Positions 32,546-43,344 of a stretch of 64,000 nucleotides of DNA are shown in pieces. This DNA comes from Opitutales bacterium. Lineage in GTDB: Bacteria > Verrucomicrobiota > Verrucomicrobiia > Opitutales > PNEW01. The first letter of the stretch is position 1. Each line of letters begins with the position of its first letter. The stretch spans positions 1,376,001-1,440,000 of the forward strand of contig CBDANS010000007.1 of NCBI GenBank assembly GCA_965197745.1, written 5' to 3'. The notes under the pieces were generated by a model, which saw nothing but the letters and a program-made list of their open reading frames with translations, was not told the DNA's origin and ran no database searches. The translations under genes were made by a program, and so were the position numbers.

Positions 32546-32743
32546 GATTAAAATATAATAACCTCATAAGTAATTTGCAAGCGCTGATAACGGATGTCTG
32601 AAAAATCCACAAACCAATTGCCATCATGAAGATAGCCCATTTCACTCTTACTCTACCTTGGCGACAGTGAGAATTAAGCGTGTTTTGAGGGTGTTGGATA
32701 GACTTAAAGAATTGATTTCAAAAGGGGACCTTTCAACGGTCAG

Positions 32744-33535
32744 TTAAAAAGCTTTAACCAAAAATAACTGATTGCGCACATCCGTTCCCAGGGGGCCACA
32801 AAAAGTATAATGAAGAATGGGAAAGCTTGCTCCCTCAATTGATAAAGGCAGTCGCATCGCATATTCAGCATAATCCCACCGGTTAAATACGATGTAAGCC
32901 TGACGGAAGACAGCTACCTCAAGCTCATGCTCGATAGAAAAATCAGGGAGGAGCATGGGACCCGTATCGACCTGCCAGGTATCCTCCATGTGCCGGGCAT
33001 TCATAACTGTAACCGGGTACTCCGCCACCACTTCTATTGTTTCATCCCCTTTTGTTGTGAGATAGCGCGTCCTCCCAAGAATGGGCTTATTCTCAACCAT
33101 GGCGTCATGAACTTCCTCATAAGTCGTCATCTCCACCACTTCATTGTAAGAACGCAGTTCTCCTTCCAGGGAGTCCATGGTTGTCACCGTATTGATTTTA
33201 GAACCGACAACGTCACCCACCCGATAGGCCATCCGTTCAAATCCGGGTGTGCTTTCAAATTGTTTCACAAACATGAACTGGCCTTCATTAGAAAATACCA
33301 CATGAAATTCCATGGTTGGCTGAGCAATTAGATTTGTGTCCACGTACATCTTCTCGCCCGCGCAGGGATGACTTAAAAAATACTCTCTGAATGATTCACC
33401 ACTGCCACGTATTTTACAACTGGCTTGTAAAGCGCATCGAGGGGTATGGTCAGCGGTATGCTGAGACCATTGAACAAATGAATTAATATAGTCGTACTTT
33501 AAAATAGTGTTATAACTTAGATCGAAATTACCCAT
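32744..33535 (-). CDS. Hypothetical protein (263 aa)
   Basis: Long ORF with protein-like composition, co-oriented with upstream transporter genes; family not recognised. Confidence 0.75.
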   Translation of the reverse strand: MGNFDLSYNTILKYDYINSFVQWSQHTADHTPRCALQASCKIRGSGESFREYFLSHPCAGEKMYVDTNLIAQPTMEFHVVFSNEGQFMFVKQFESTPGFERMAYRVGDVVGSKINTVTTMDSLEGELRSYNEVVEMTTYEEVHDAMVENKPILGRTRYLTTKGDETIEVVAEYPVTVMNARHMEDTWQVDTGPMLLPDFSIEHELEVAVFRQAYIVFNRWDYAEYAMRLPLSIEGASFPILHYTFCGPLGTDVRNQLFLVKAF

Positions 33536-33679
33536 AGCAGGACTTATAATTTATATATGATGTTTATTTCAATCGCTAAAGTGCAATTCAGTCAGATCGG
33601 CATGGTTCAAAAAGGATTGCCAGTAGCTATCGGGACAGCACCGAAGGAGAGACGCAAGCGGTTTACGCCTGCACCTTGG

Positions 33680-34567
33680 CTAAGCCCGATTGACGGTGTA
33701 TATTCCAATGGCGACAAGGATAGCCCCAATCGCGAGATTTGCGGTGATCGGTTCTTTTAAAAAGATATGACTGAGGGCGACACCAAATAGGGGCGTCGCG
33801 AAAAAAATCGCAGACATTTTACTGGGGCTGTGTCGCTTTAAGATTAGTGTCCAGCCAACGAAACAGAATCCTCCAATTACGAGTCCCTGGTAGAGAATTG
33901 AGCTCATGGCAATCATGGAGAAATGGTGCTCTTTCATATCCTCCAAACAAAGACTCAGGCAGAAAAAAATGGGGAGGCTTAATGCCATCTGCCAGATAAG
34001 GAGTCGATAAATATTTATATCTTGAATCAGCAGCTTAACGAAAATATTACAGATACCTAATAAAAACGCGCTGCCAAGGACAATGAGATCGCCTAAAATA
34101 TAATTGAAATCTAAATTTAAATTTCCCCTGAAAACGATAAGCACGCCTCCAAATGCTACGATTAACCCAAATATTTTACGCAGGGTTAAGTGATCACCTT
34201 TGATGAAAAAGTGAGCTAATACAGCAGTGAAAAAGGGGTTCAGGTTAATGATGACCGTGGTGTGGGAAGCGTAGGTGAATTTCGTTCCCAAATTAATCAG
34301 TCCAATTTGTGCCGTGAAAAGCAGAGACAAAATAATGAGTGGGATTATTTCCGTTTTTTTCGGAATAAGCGGAATGCGAGAATAGGTCGCCCAAAGAAAT
34401 ATAGCCAATGTTGCCAGTGAAAAGCGAAGTCCCCCAATCATGAATGGGGGTAAATCACCGAGGGCAGCTTTCAGCGCTACGGAGTTACCTCCCCAGAGAA
34501 AAGCGAGAAATACAGCGACCGTTATGATTTTAGCGCTGGGCTCTTCAATCGGTATCGATTGTTTCAT
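33680..34567 (-). CDS. DMT/EamA family transporter
   Basis: FLWGGN, PPFMIGGLRF, about 10 TM helices, PLFGVALSHIFLKEPIT. Confidence 0.93.
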   Translation of the reverse strand: MKQSIPIEEPSAKIITVAVFLAFLWGGNSVALKAALGDLPPFMIGGLRFSLATLAIFLWATYSRIPLIPKKTEIIPLIILSLLFTAQIGLINLGTKFTYASHTTVIINLNPFFTAVLAHFFIKGDHLTLRKIFGLIVAFGGVLIVFRGNLNLDFNYILGDLIVLGSAFLLGICNIFVKLLIQDINIYRLLIWQMALSLPIFFCLSLCLEDMKEHHFSMIAMSSILYQGLVIGGFCFVGWTLILKRHSPSKMSAIFFATPLFGVALSHIFLKEPITANLAIGAILVAIGIYTVNRA

Positions 34568-34685
34568 TTCTCATAAATGTTGTTTCCGGTATAGATATCG
34601 GTGACTGTCGCAGACAGGTCTAATACTATAGCACCTTGTAAGAACCGGGAAGTTCTTAAATATTTAATGCAATTCAGCGTAGCTT

Positions 34686-35822
34686 CTATTGAAAACAGCT
34701 GGATGCTTGATTCCTGAATCTCTTTAACAGATCAGCGATAGAAAAGCTGGGACGGTCAATTAAGTAGGAATGGGCGGTGTCATTAAAATTGCGATACCAG
34801 TGCTCAGGAATTCCGTTCTTTCCGACAACCGCACCGACAATGCTTCCCGCCGTTGCTGCGGTGCAATCATTATCCAATCCCATGGCTACAACTTCGCCGA
34901 TGACTTTTGTCAAGTCGGTCCCACCGATCTTAATACCCCATAAGGTCAAACAGGCGTTATTAATGGTGTGAACTTTATGCATGCCTTCGAAACGATCATT
35001 TACGGCATTTCGAGCCTCACGAAAGTTTGTGATCTTTGGAGCAATTTCAAATGCCCAGTTGAGGGCTTTCGCTAATTCACAGTCCCTTGGAATTTCAGTA
35101 AGTCCGATTTTCAATGCTTCCAATGGATCATCAACGGTAAAAGCAGCTGAAATGGCTGCTGAGAAGAACATCGCCCCGTAAATTCCATTTTTGCGGTGGC
35201 TGATATACGAATCGCGATAGGCCATTTCAGCAGCATATTCGGGCCAACCCGGTGCTATGTAACCCCATGGATCTGATCGGATATCTGCACCAATTAATTC
35301 ATCATAAGGATTATCAATCTCCCCGGCAACCATCGCTGAATGACCTTCCTGCAAATTTTTCAGCGTAATTTCTTCCGCCGTGCAGGCATATGGTAGATAA
35401 CGAAGCCAGGATTCACCTACATTTTCAGTAGTAAATTCAGAACCATAAGATTCCGTGATTAAAAGACCTAAAAGCGTATAAACAATGTCGTCATCCACGG
35501 GCACCCCGCTAAGTTTTTCCCGGGTATAACTTTCGCGTGTGCTGAATTCATATCTTAAAAGGTGTGGATCGGGTACCGTGCTCCAATAATCTTCTGGAGG
35601 AAAACTATCTCCATTATCCCTGGCAAGGGATTCCATTTTCTCAATGGACCATAATTCAACGGGCGCCCCAAGCGTGCATCCAGCGAGTCTTCCAAGTAGT
35701 GCGCCCTCAAGTTTCTCTTCGTAGGTTTTTTCGTCAAAGCGAGTCCACAGACGACGTGGTCCATCTAATCGTAGCTCTCGTATTTTGTCTAATTCGTTGG
35801 GTTCCTGATATTCGGGGTCCAT
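34686..35822 (-). CDS. ADP-ribosylglycohydrolase family protein
   Basis: GRLAGCTLGAPVE, VDDDIVY, IGADIRSDPWG, GLDNDCTAATAGSIVG. Confidence 0.9.
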   Translation of the reverse strand: MDPEYQEPNELDKIRELRLDGPRRLWTRFDEKTYEEKLEGALLGRLAGCTLGAPVELWSIEKMESLARDNGDSFPPEDYWSTVPDPHLLRYEFSTRESYTREKLSGVPVDDDIVYTLLGLLITESYGSEFTTENVGESWLRYLPYACTAEEITLKNLQEGHSAMVAGEIDNPYDELIGADIRSDPWGYIAPGWPEYAAEMAYRDSYISHRKNGIYGAMFFSAAISAAFTVDDPLEALKIGLTEIPRDCELAKALNWAFEIAPKITNFREARNAVNDRFEGMHKVHTINNACLTLWGIKIGGTDLTKVIGEVVAMGLDNDCTAATAGSIVGAVVGKNGIPEHWYRNFNDTAHSYLIDRPSFSIADLLKRFRNQASSCFQ

Positions 35823-35845
35823 GTCAATTTGTTACTTGTTCATTA

Positions 35846-37573
35846 TTACACTATCTCAATAAACTTTAAAAGGAGGAAGATGATGACAAGAAGTAAAATC
35901 ATTAAAATGGCGCCCCATAAAATAGTGGCTTTAACATTTTCTCGTCGCGGGCCGAAATGACTGACGATGACACCGAGAGAAACGTTTACGATCAGTGCGT
36001 ATAGTCCAATCCATTGAAAACTGAGGCTGGGTTGGCCGGTAAAACTATCCCAAAAAGCAACTAACGCGGCTGTAGCAATTCCGTATGCACCCCCCATGAT
36101 CGCTCCCAATGGAGTGGTCGATTTAATGAAGAGAGCAAAAAAGAAGAGGCAAAAAATAGGCGCTACGAGGAGACCGTCAGTTTTCTCGGTTACGGCCAGG
36201 AAGTTTCCTGAGACATGTTCAAGGAATGAACTGAGGTAGACGACGATCAGTCCGATAACAAACGCCAAATACATAGCATATCGCAGATGGGTAATCTCGC
36301 TTTTCGGCCGTAACCCAAATCGATCGAGGAAGTCAGTCATGACCACAGCGGTAATAGAATTCACCCCGGAATCGATACTGGACATCGCTGCCGCAAACAT
36401 CGCGGCGAGAACAAGTCCGGACAAACCCATAGGCAACATATTAGCGATATAAAAAGGAAAGAGGATATCGGCTCCACCAGTTACCGTAGTGTCCTGTGGC
36501 AGCATATGCTGGTGTTCATTGAAGTATCCCAATAAGGCGAGCCCCAGGACACCTAATACAAGGGTTACTCCTATAGAAATTATAGTATTAACCAAATAAG
36601 ATTTTCGCGCAGCAATCGTGTCGCGTGTCGCCATAAATCGCTGGATAGCCGTTTGGTCTCCCCCCGCCGTGCTTACCCGCCAGATTAATGTTGAGACGAA
36701 CGCACCGAAGAGACTAACTCTAATACGCGGGTCGAGGCTGAAGAGTGGTTGCTCATCCCAGGTGGAAACCCACTGGGTGGGCCACCATGATAAGTAACTG
36801 CTGCTTTGGTAACTGATGACAATTATGGTAATCAAAGCACCGAGGAGAAGCAGGCTGAATTGGGCCAAATCGGTAATCACTACCGCCTGCAATCCACCGA
36901 GCGAAGTATAGGTAATGGCAACCAACCCAATGGCCATTACCAATAAGGGTCGCCATTCTGATCCCAGGTCCATCATCACGAGAAGAGCACTCGTTGCGAG
37001 ATAGATAAGGAGCGACATCCAAACCAGTCGCAGGACAATAAACATAGATGCGCCCAAAAGACGACCGCTGAGACCGAGACGCGCTTCAAGCAGTTCATAG
37101 GCGCTGGTCACGCGGTGTTTCATGATTAAGGGAATGAGTCCATACCCAACGATGAAGTAGGCGACAACTATCGAGATTAATCCCCCCAGGATAAAAGAGG
37201 GGCCATGTTTTATGATTTCACCAGGTTGGGCGAGATAGGAGATGGTGCTAAGTAATGTAGCATAAAAAGATATCCCGATGAGCCACGGCGGCATATGCCG
37301 GGATCCGATAAAGTACTCTCCGGTACTTGATTGCTTTCGAGAGTAAGACCATCCTAGAAAGAGAACACCGCCCACATAAAAGGCGATAATTACCCAATCC
37401 AACCAACCCAATCCGGTGTGTTCATATGCATTGACGGTAATAGCTACTTCAATGTTATCGGTGGCGGGTATATTCTTTTCGTGGGATACATCCGTTTTCC
37501 CAGGGAGCGAATGTGATGCCAATAAAATAACAACTCCGAGGTATGTGATCCAGCGGATAGGGAAGTGTGACAT
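35846..37573 (-). CDS. Sodium:solute symporter (SSS)
   Basis: EYFIGSR, SAYELLEARLG, YTSLGGLQAVVITD, DQTAIQRF, AAAMSSIDSGVNS. Confidence 0.95.
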   Translation of the reverse strand: MSHFPIRWITYLGVVILLASHSLPGKTDVSHEKNIPATDNIEVAITVNAYEHTGLGWLDWVIIAFYVGGVLFLGWSYSRKQSSTGEYFIGSRHMPPWLIGISFYATLLSTISYLAQPGEIIKHGPSFILGGLISIVVAYFIVGYGLIPLIMKHRVTSAYELLEARLGLSGRLLGASMFIVLRLVWMSLLIYLATSALLVMMDLGSEWRPLLVMAIGLVAITYTSLGGLQAVVITDLAQFSLLLLGALITIIVISYQSSSYLSWWPTQWVSTWDEQPLFSLDPRIRVSLFGAFVSTLIWRVSTAGGDQTAIQRFMATRDTIAARKSYLVNTIISIGVTLVLGVLGLALLGYFNEHQHMLPQDTTVTGGADILFPFYIANMLPMGLSGLVLAAMFAAAMSSIDSGVNSITAVVMTDFLDRFGLRPKSEITHLRYAMYLAFVIGLIVVYLSSFLEHVSGNFLAVTEKTDGLLVAPIFCLFFFALFIKSTTPLGAIMGGAYGIATAALVAFWDSFTGQPSLSFQWIGLYALIVNVSLGVIVSHFGPRRENVKATILWGAILMILLLVIIFLLLKFIEIV

Positions 37574-37590
37574 TTAAAAAAGTTAATAAA

Positions 37591-38442
37591 TTAACGACGT
37601 TTAATGATTTCCGATAGGCGATCCCATTCAGCGACATAGTTTCTTAAATGTATCTTACCGCCATCGATTTCACTCGCTAAAAGTTTTCGAACCAACAGCT
37701 GCTCCTGTTCATATTCAGCGTCTGATAAGAGCTCGGCAAAATGAGCCATTCTTGCCCATAAAAGATGCGTGGTAAATGCATCGAATTCATTGTAATTGAT
37801 TATTTCCTTGAGTTTCCCTTCGAGCCAAAGTTGAGACACCGATTCACCGGAAACGTCTATCTTTCCAGGAATGCCACTTAAAGATGCAATTTCATTAAGT
37901 TTGGGTGTATTTGCCCATCGGCCAAGGATGGGAGCAAGATCGATATTGAAATCACTGTGAGCGCTGAAATAATCAGTGCCTTCCCACGGTTTTTCAGGTC
38001 TTTTCCCAAAACCAAAACCTGCGAGGCCGTGGACAATGGATCGTTCTATGATGATAGGAACATCAGCATTGTGAGAGTTGAATCCGACTATTTGTGGTTT
38101 ACGGGACCCTACGGCTTTAAGAAAGGTCGCTATTATATGTCGCTCCGTCCATTTATCTTTGTCTTCTGGGTCAGCGGGTAAGGAGATGAGCTTTAAGGAA
38201 ACGTTATTAGACGTAGCTTCACGGTAGATTCCAGCTATAGAGACTATTCGACATAAAGCAGTTTTAATATAAGGTTTGGGGTTATCAGCATCGGCCCCGG
38301 CATCATTCCAAAGTGCCTGAAATGAATCTGCATAGCTTTGAGGGGGATTATGCTTAATATCATGAAGTATTTCACCTGCCATCGGGTCAGGCACCCATTC
38401 AATATCAAAACTGAGGAGTTGAGGCTGTACTGATTTAAACAT
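37591..38442 (-). CDS. 3'-5' exonuclease, PolB-like DEDD family
   Basis: SFDIEW, RIVSIA, VGFNSHNADVP, GIPGK, YNEFD. Confidence 0.88.
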   Translation of the reverse strand: MFKSVQPQLLSFDIEWVPDPMAGEILHDIKHNPPQSYADSFQALWNDAGADADNPKPYIKTALCRIVSIAGIYREATSNNVSLKLISLPADPEDKDKWTERHIIATFLKAVGSRKPQIVGFNSHNADVPIIIERSIVHGLAGFGFGKRPEKPWEGTDYFSAHSDFNIDLAPILGRWANTPKLNEIASLSGIPGKIDVSGESVSQLWLEGKLKEIINYNEFDAFTTHLLWARMAHFAELLSDAEYEQEQLLVRKLLASEIDGGKIHLRNYVAEWDRLSEIIKRR

Positions 38443-38639
38443 CTGCAGAAAATTAGATTGCCCTTAGCATATTCGTTGCGTGTGTTATCCCGGTAAATAT
38501 AAATTTTAACTGCAACTAAAATACAATCATGAAATCTTATCTGGAAGGAGTGCCAATTGGGTCGATCAATTATTGATAGCGATGAATTTTTAATTTGCAG
38601 TATCTGATTGGTTTTTATTTCAAGACATTGACATTTATT

Positions 38640-39632
38640 ATGTCCTATTCCTTAGAAAAAGAGATTGCCTTAAAATCTGTCTTAAAAGCCAGTCGATTAT
38701 GTCAGACGGTGCGCCGCTCTCTGGTCTCAAATGGTGCCATGATGAAGGAAGATAAATCTCCCGTTACGATTGCTGACTTTGGTTCCCAAGCGGTTATATC
38801 AAATGAGCTCTATCAACATTTTCCTGATGATCCGATCATTGCAGAGGAAGACGCAACAGAACTTCTCTTGAATGAAAATTCGCATCTTCGTGAAAATGTG
38901 TTTCGGGAAGTTCAACAGGTATCCCCGGGGTTGGGTCAAGATGCAATTATTGAAGCAATACAGCGAGGAAATCATATTGGGAGTGGAGTAGGGAGGCAAT
39001 GGGCGCTCGATCCCATTGACGGGACTAAGGGGTATTTGAGGAATGGTCAGTATGCGGTCGCCCTCGCCCTGATTGAAAATGGAAAGGTGGTCTTTGGAGT
39101 ACTGGGGTGTCCTCAGCTCGCTTTTGACACCAGTAATGCAGATCATTCAATTGGGTGTTTATTCTATGCTGCGCGCGGAGAGGGTGTGTACATCAGCGAC
39201 TTGGAGAATCAAAATGAAAGGCCGATAAAAGTCTCTGATATCCAGAGACCCTCCGAGGCGAAATTTTGTGAATCTCGAGATTCGGGACATTCATCACATG
39301 GGCGCGCCGCCCGGATTTCATCCCTTCTTGGGATTACCGCCACGCCAATTCGTATAGACAGCCAGTGCAAATATGCCGTAGTCGCGCGCGGTGACGCTTC
39401 CATTTATCTCAGGTTGCCTGCAAGCCGCGGATATGTAGAAAAAATATGGGATCACGCCGCCGGGGTAATCATTGTTGAAGAAGCAGGTGGAAAAGTTTCT
39501 GATGTTGAGGGCAAACCGCTTAATTTTTCAAGAGGAAATACCTTAAAAGACAATAGAGGTGTGATTGCAACCAGCGGATCGATCTTTGAGGATGTTATTT
39601 CTGTTGTCCGTGAGACTATGAAAGCGAAATAG
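38640..39632 (+). CDS. 3'(2'),5'-bisphosphate nucleotidase, HAL2-type
   Basis: KEDKSPVTIADFGSQA, AEED, LDPIDGTKG, DSQCKY, EKIWDHAAG. Confidence 0.92.
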   Translation: MSYSLEKEIALKSVLKASRLCQTVRRSLVSNGAMMKEDKSPVTIADFGSQAVISNELYQHFPDDPIIAEEDATELLLNENSHLRENVFREVQQVSPGLGQDAIIEAIQRGNHIGSGVGRQWALDPIDGTKGYLRNGQYAVALALIENGKVVFGVLGCPQLAFDTSNADHSIGCLFYAARGEGVYISDLENQNERPIKVSDIQRPSEAKFCESRDSGHSSHGRAARISSLLGITATPIRIDSQCKYAVVARGDASIYLRLPASRGYVEKIWDHAAGVIIVEEAGGKVSDVEGKPLNFSRGNTLKDNRGVIATSGSIFEDVISVVRETMKAK

Positions 39633-39733
39633 ACATCAAGCTATGAGCGATATGGAGTGTAGACGGACATGCGTAAATATGAATAAGCGTAGCATCGACT
39701 GGAGGGGCGCGTCCTTCACGTCTGTGAACTCGC

Positions 39734-40144
39734 TTACAGCTTAGGGCTGAATTCGACTTCTATGTTGAAATAGGTGTCCCCTGAAGTTAAAGCTTGAATG
39801 GCTTTGGTGATTTCAACAAAACCGGACGTTTTCTTGATATACCCATCTGCTTTTAATTTTAATGCTTTCTCAACAGTTTCGCCCTCGAAGATTCCGGAAA
39901 ATATAAGAATCTTTATATGAGGCATACTGCTTTTAAATATTCGTAATATTTCCAGACCGTCTGTGTCTGGCAAGTGTAAGTCCAATATAACCAGGTCAGG
40001 GTCAAGCTCCCGGCATTCCTTGAGGGCATCCTGCCCTTTTCCCGAATATCCTACAATTTCATACTCCGGATTTATCTCCGATAAGTAGGTGGTAATCATT
40101 TCGCGCAAGGTCAAATTGTCGTCGACCATGTAGATTCTTATCAT
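39734..40144 (-). CDS. Single-domain response regulator (NarL-like receiver, no HTH)
   Basis: MVDD, ILDLHLPDTDG, GYIKK. Confidence 0.9.
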   Translation of the reverse strand: MIRIYMVDDNLTLREMITTYLSEINPEYEIVGYSGKGQDALKECRELDPDLVILDLHLPDTDGLEILRIFKSSMPHIKILIFSGIFEGETVEKALKLKADGYIKKTSGFVEITKAIQALTSGDTYFNIEVEFSPKL

Positions 40145-40620
40145 GATTCCGTTTATCTTTTATGATTAAAAACTATCGGTACAAGTTCCTGAATTTTACC
40201 CGTTTATATATTTGCGACGCTTATAGAGTATCAGAAATATCAATATATTAAAGAGGATAAACAACCTCATTGATGACACTTTAAGTAAATCCTCTCTCCT
40301 TTGGCTGTATTTCGGTAAGGACAATGACGATTGTTTGAAAGCCCCTGACCCTGCGAGGTAATCAGTTATGGTAATGCTTTTACCGACTATATGTAAAAAA
40401 AATATAAAAAAATGATTCTTCATTTAATACCATTTATAAAATAACGATTATTCATTATTACTTATTATGAATAGAACATAGAGTAATTCTCGGGGTGTTC
40501 TATTCGCTTAGCCTTATGCAGAAATTTACCTGAGAAATGCAATGAAATGGTACTTTTTTTAAAATTCCGGGTTGTTTCGTCGACTATCGAGATGCAGGTA
40601 ATGAGAAATAGTTGATAATA

Positions 40621-42210
40621 ATGTTAAGAGAACAGACAATATCGGATAAGCCAATTACGGTTCAAAAGGATCATACGAATTACATTCGCGCTGAAGCGGT
40701 AAATAAGGAACAGGCGACCTTATTTGATAAGGCAAAAGATGCAATTGTGATACAGGATCTGGGAGATCGGATCTTGTATTGGAATCAAGCTGCTGAGAGC
40801 CTCTACGGTTTTACAGCGATAGAAGCGGTCGGAAAATTCACCAAAGATCTATTTTACAGAGATGAATGCAACAAACCAATTGAAGTTGACCAAGCATTGC
40901 GGGAAAATGGCGAATGGCATGGAGAACTCGAGCAATTAACAAAAGACGATATCAAAGTCGCGGTTGATAGCCGTAATACTCTTGTCCGCGATGAGAGGGG
41001 GAAACCGAAATCCATTCTCATGATTAATACGGATAAGACAGAAAGAAAACGTCTGGTAGCACAATTTCTGAGGGCTCAAAGGATGGAAAGTATTGGATCA
41101 TTGGCGGGGGGTATAGCCCACGATCTTAATAATCTTCTGGCCCCGATAACCTTATCAGCTGATATACTATTGAAAAATCCCGTGGATGAGAGAAGCAAGG
41201 AATTGTTATCGATGATAACAAGCAGTTCCAAGCGAGCGGGATCAGTGGTAAATCAACTCCTTACATTCGCGAGAGGTGTGCAGGTTGGGGAGAATGTATT
41301 AATACAACCAAAACATGTATTAATTGATATCGTAAAATTTATTAAAGAAACTTTTCCCGCGAACATAAATATCAGATTCAGTATTCCAAACGAACTGTGG
41401 CTTCTCAACGGAGACCCTACCCAATTACAACAGGTCTTCCTCAACCTGTGTATTAATGCCAGGGATGCCATGCCCCGAGGGGGTAATCTTTTCTTAGGGG
41501 CTGAAAATGTTTTTTTTGATAAAACTTACGCCGTCATGTCATCAGAGGCAAAGCCGGGTTCTTATGTCGTCCTCACAGTCACGGATACCGGAGAAGGCAT
41601 GTCTAATGAGACAAGGGAAAAAATATTTACTCCATTTTTTACGACAAAAAAGATAGGTGAGGGAACAGGGCTTGGTCTGTCAACATCTCTCGGTATTGTC
41701 CAAAGTCACGGTGGATTCTTCATAGTTGACAGTAGGATTGGGCACGGCAGCACGTTTAAAGTTTATTTTCCTGCGAATACCACTGGGTCCGAACAGGTAC
41801 ATAAATTTAGTGTTAAACCGCTGCCCCCGGCCAATGGAGAGAGGGTCCTTATCGTTGATGATAAATCAAACATTCGTATCGCAACGCAAGAGGTTCTGGA
41901 AGCCCAAGGCTATAAAGTTTTAACGGCAGGAGATGGGACTGACGCATTGGCCCTTTTTGTGAAAAGCAAAAATAAAATACGAGTTGTATTAACGGATATT
42001 GGGATGCCCTATATGGATGGAGTAGCCTTAGTGCGCACTTTGAAAAAAATAAAACCGGATACTAAAGTAATTGTTTCTACCGGCCAGGGAGAGAAAAACC
42101 TGATTTCCGAGTTGGAAAAGCTTGGCGTTAAAATATTCCTACATAAACCTTATTCTGCTGAAACATTGATAAGGGCGCTCAATAAAGTATTAATGGCTGA
42201 CGCTATTTAG
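40621..42210 (+). CDS. Cytoplasmic hybrid histidine kinase (PAS-HisKA-HATPase-receiver)
   Basis: YWNQAAE (PAS), GIAHDLNN, NARDAM, DTGEGM, GTGLGL, C-terminal receiver LTDIGMPYMDG. Confidence 0.95.
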   Translation: MLREQTISDKPITVQKDHTNYIRAEAVNKEQATLFDKAKDAIVIQDLGDRILYWNQAAESLYGFTAIEAVGKFTKDLFYRDECNKPIEVDQALRENGEWHGELEQLTKDDIKVAVDSRNTLVRDERGKPKSILMINTDKTERKRLVAQFLRAQRMESIGSLAGGIAHDLNNLLAPITLSADILLKNPVDERSKELLSMITSSSKRAGSVVNQLLTFARGVQVGENVLIQPKHVLIDIVKFIKETFPANINIRFSIPNELWLLNGDPTQLQQVFLNLCINARDAMPRGGNLFLGAENVFFDKTYAVMSSEAKPGSYVVLTVTDTGEGMSNETREKIFTPFFTTKKIGEGTGLGLSTSLGIVQSHGGFFIVDSRIGHGSTFKVYFPANTTGSEQVHKFSVKPLPPANGERVLIVDDKSNIRIATQEVLEAQGYKVLTAGDGTDALALFVKSKNKIRVVLTDIGMPYMDGVALVRTLKKIKPDTKVIVSTGQGEKNLISELEKLGVKIFLHKPYSAETLIRALNKVLMADAI

Positions 42211-42279
42211 GGCTTTATTCCTTATCTCAAAACAGCAACAATTAAATCGGTTCTTCCATTGAGAATAACCATTTGCTCC

Positions 42280-42930
42280 TCAGGTAATCGTTTCATGAGG
42301 TTTAACCATACCATTTGAAATGGCAAATCGCGTAAGCCCGGCTATATCATGAATATCTAATTTTTTCATGATATTGGCCCGATGGGTTTCGGCTGTTTTT
42401 GAGCTTATATTAAGTTTCGATGCGATTTCTTTGGTCGAATGGCTTTCTGCCACAAGCTGTATAATTTCACGTTCGCGTGTGGTCAAAGATTTCATGGTGC
42501 CGTCCTCCCGAGGATTAAACATAATTTCTCTTACTGCTTCCATTATACGGGGACCGAAATAAGTTTCACCGTTGGAGACCAAACGGATTGCTTTTTCAAG
42601 TTCTTCGATAGTTGTATCTTTTTCCAGATAACCATTTATTCCGGTTTCCATTATCTTTTTGACTAACCCGGGGGATTGAGTGCCAGAAAATACTAATATA
42701 TTGCTTTTTGGTTTCTCGGATTTCAGACGTTGCAGGATTTCCAAGCCATTAAGACTGGGAAGCATAATATCTAACATTACGAGGTCCGGCTCGTGTTGCA
42801 GACATAGTTTAAACCCCTCTGCCCCATCACCTGTTGTTGCGATTACCTTTAGGGATGGAAATGAATCCAGAATACGGCATATCATTTCGCGCATTATTTT
42901 CTCATCTTCTATGATAATGACCGATTTCAT
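42280..42930 (-). CDS. NarL/LuxR family response regulator
   Basis: Receiver (IIEDE, LDIMLP) plus LTTREREII...TAETHRANIMKKL HTH; start ATG 42930. Confidence 0.95.
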   Translation of the reverse strand: MKSVIIIEDEKIMREMICRILDSFPSLKVIATTGDGAEGFKLCLQHEPDLVMLDIMLPSLNGLEILQRLKSEKPKSNILVFSGTQSPGLVKKIMETGINGYLEKDTTIEELEKAIRLVSNGETYFGPRIMEAVREIMFNPREDGTMKSLTTREREIIQLVAESHSTKEIASKLNISSKTAETHRANIMKKLDIHDIAGLTRFAISNGMVKPHETIT

Positions 42931-43344
42931 TAAATTGAGTATAAGAAGACTATGAATACACGACAAGGCAGATGTTTTACTTTATCATCATATTTAAAGT
43001 TAAAATCCATAATCTATGGTTTCCAAAAGATGTATTTTATAACTGAAAAAGATCTTTCAGTCAAAAACATACCGGCTTAATGGGGGTATTAAAAGTAACT
43101 ATACACTTCGAATGTAAATTAAACGAAACGCAGCGAAATAAAGATTATCTTTATTGAATTATTTTGCACTGCTTAAATTTTAGAAAACCCGCGAAAATAT
43201 TATATGCATCGAGGGTATTTCAATAAAGTACATTCAAATACTCAGAATGTCTTTTTTGGGAGGCGGTTATCAAGAATATTAACGATGTGACAACAATTAT
43301 AATATTCTTACTTAACAGCTGAATGTTGTGGCTAAAAAAGTTGG

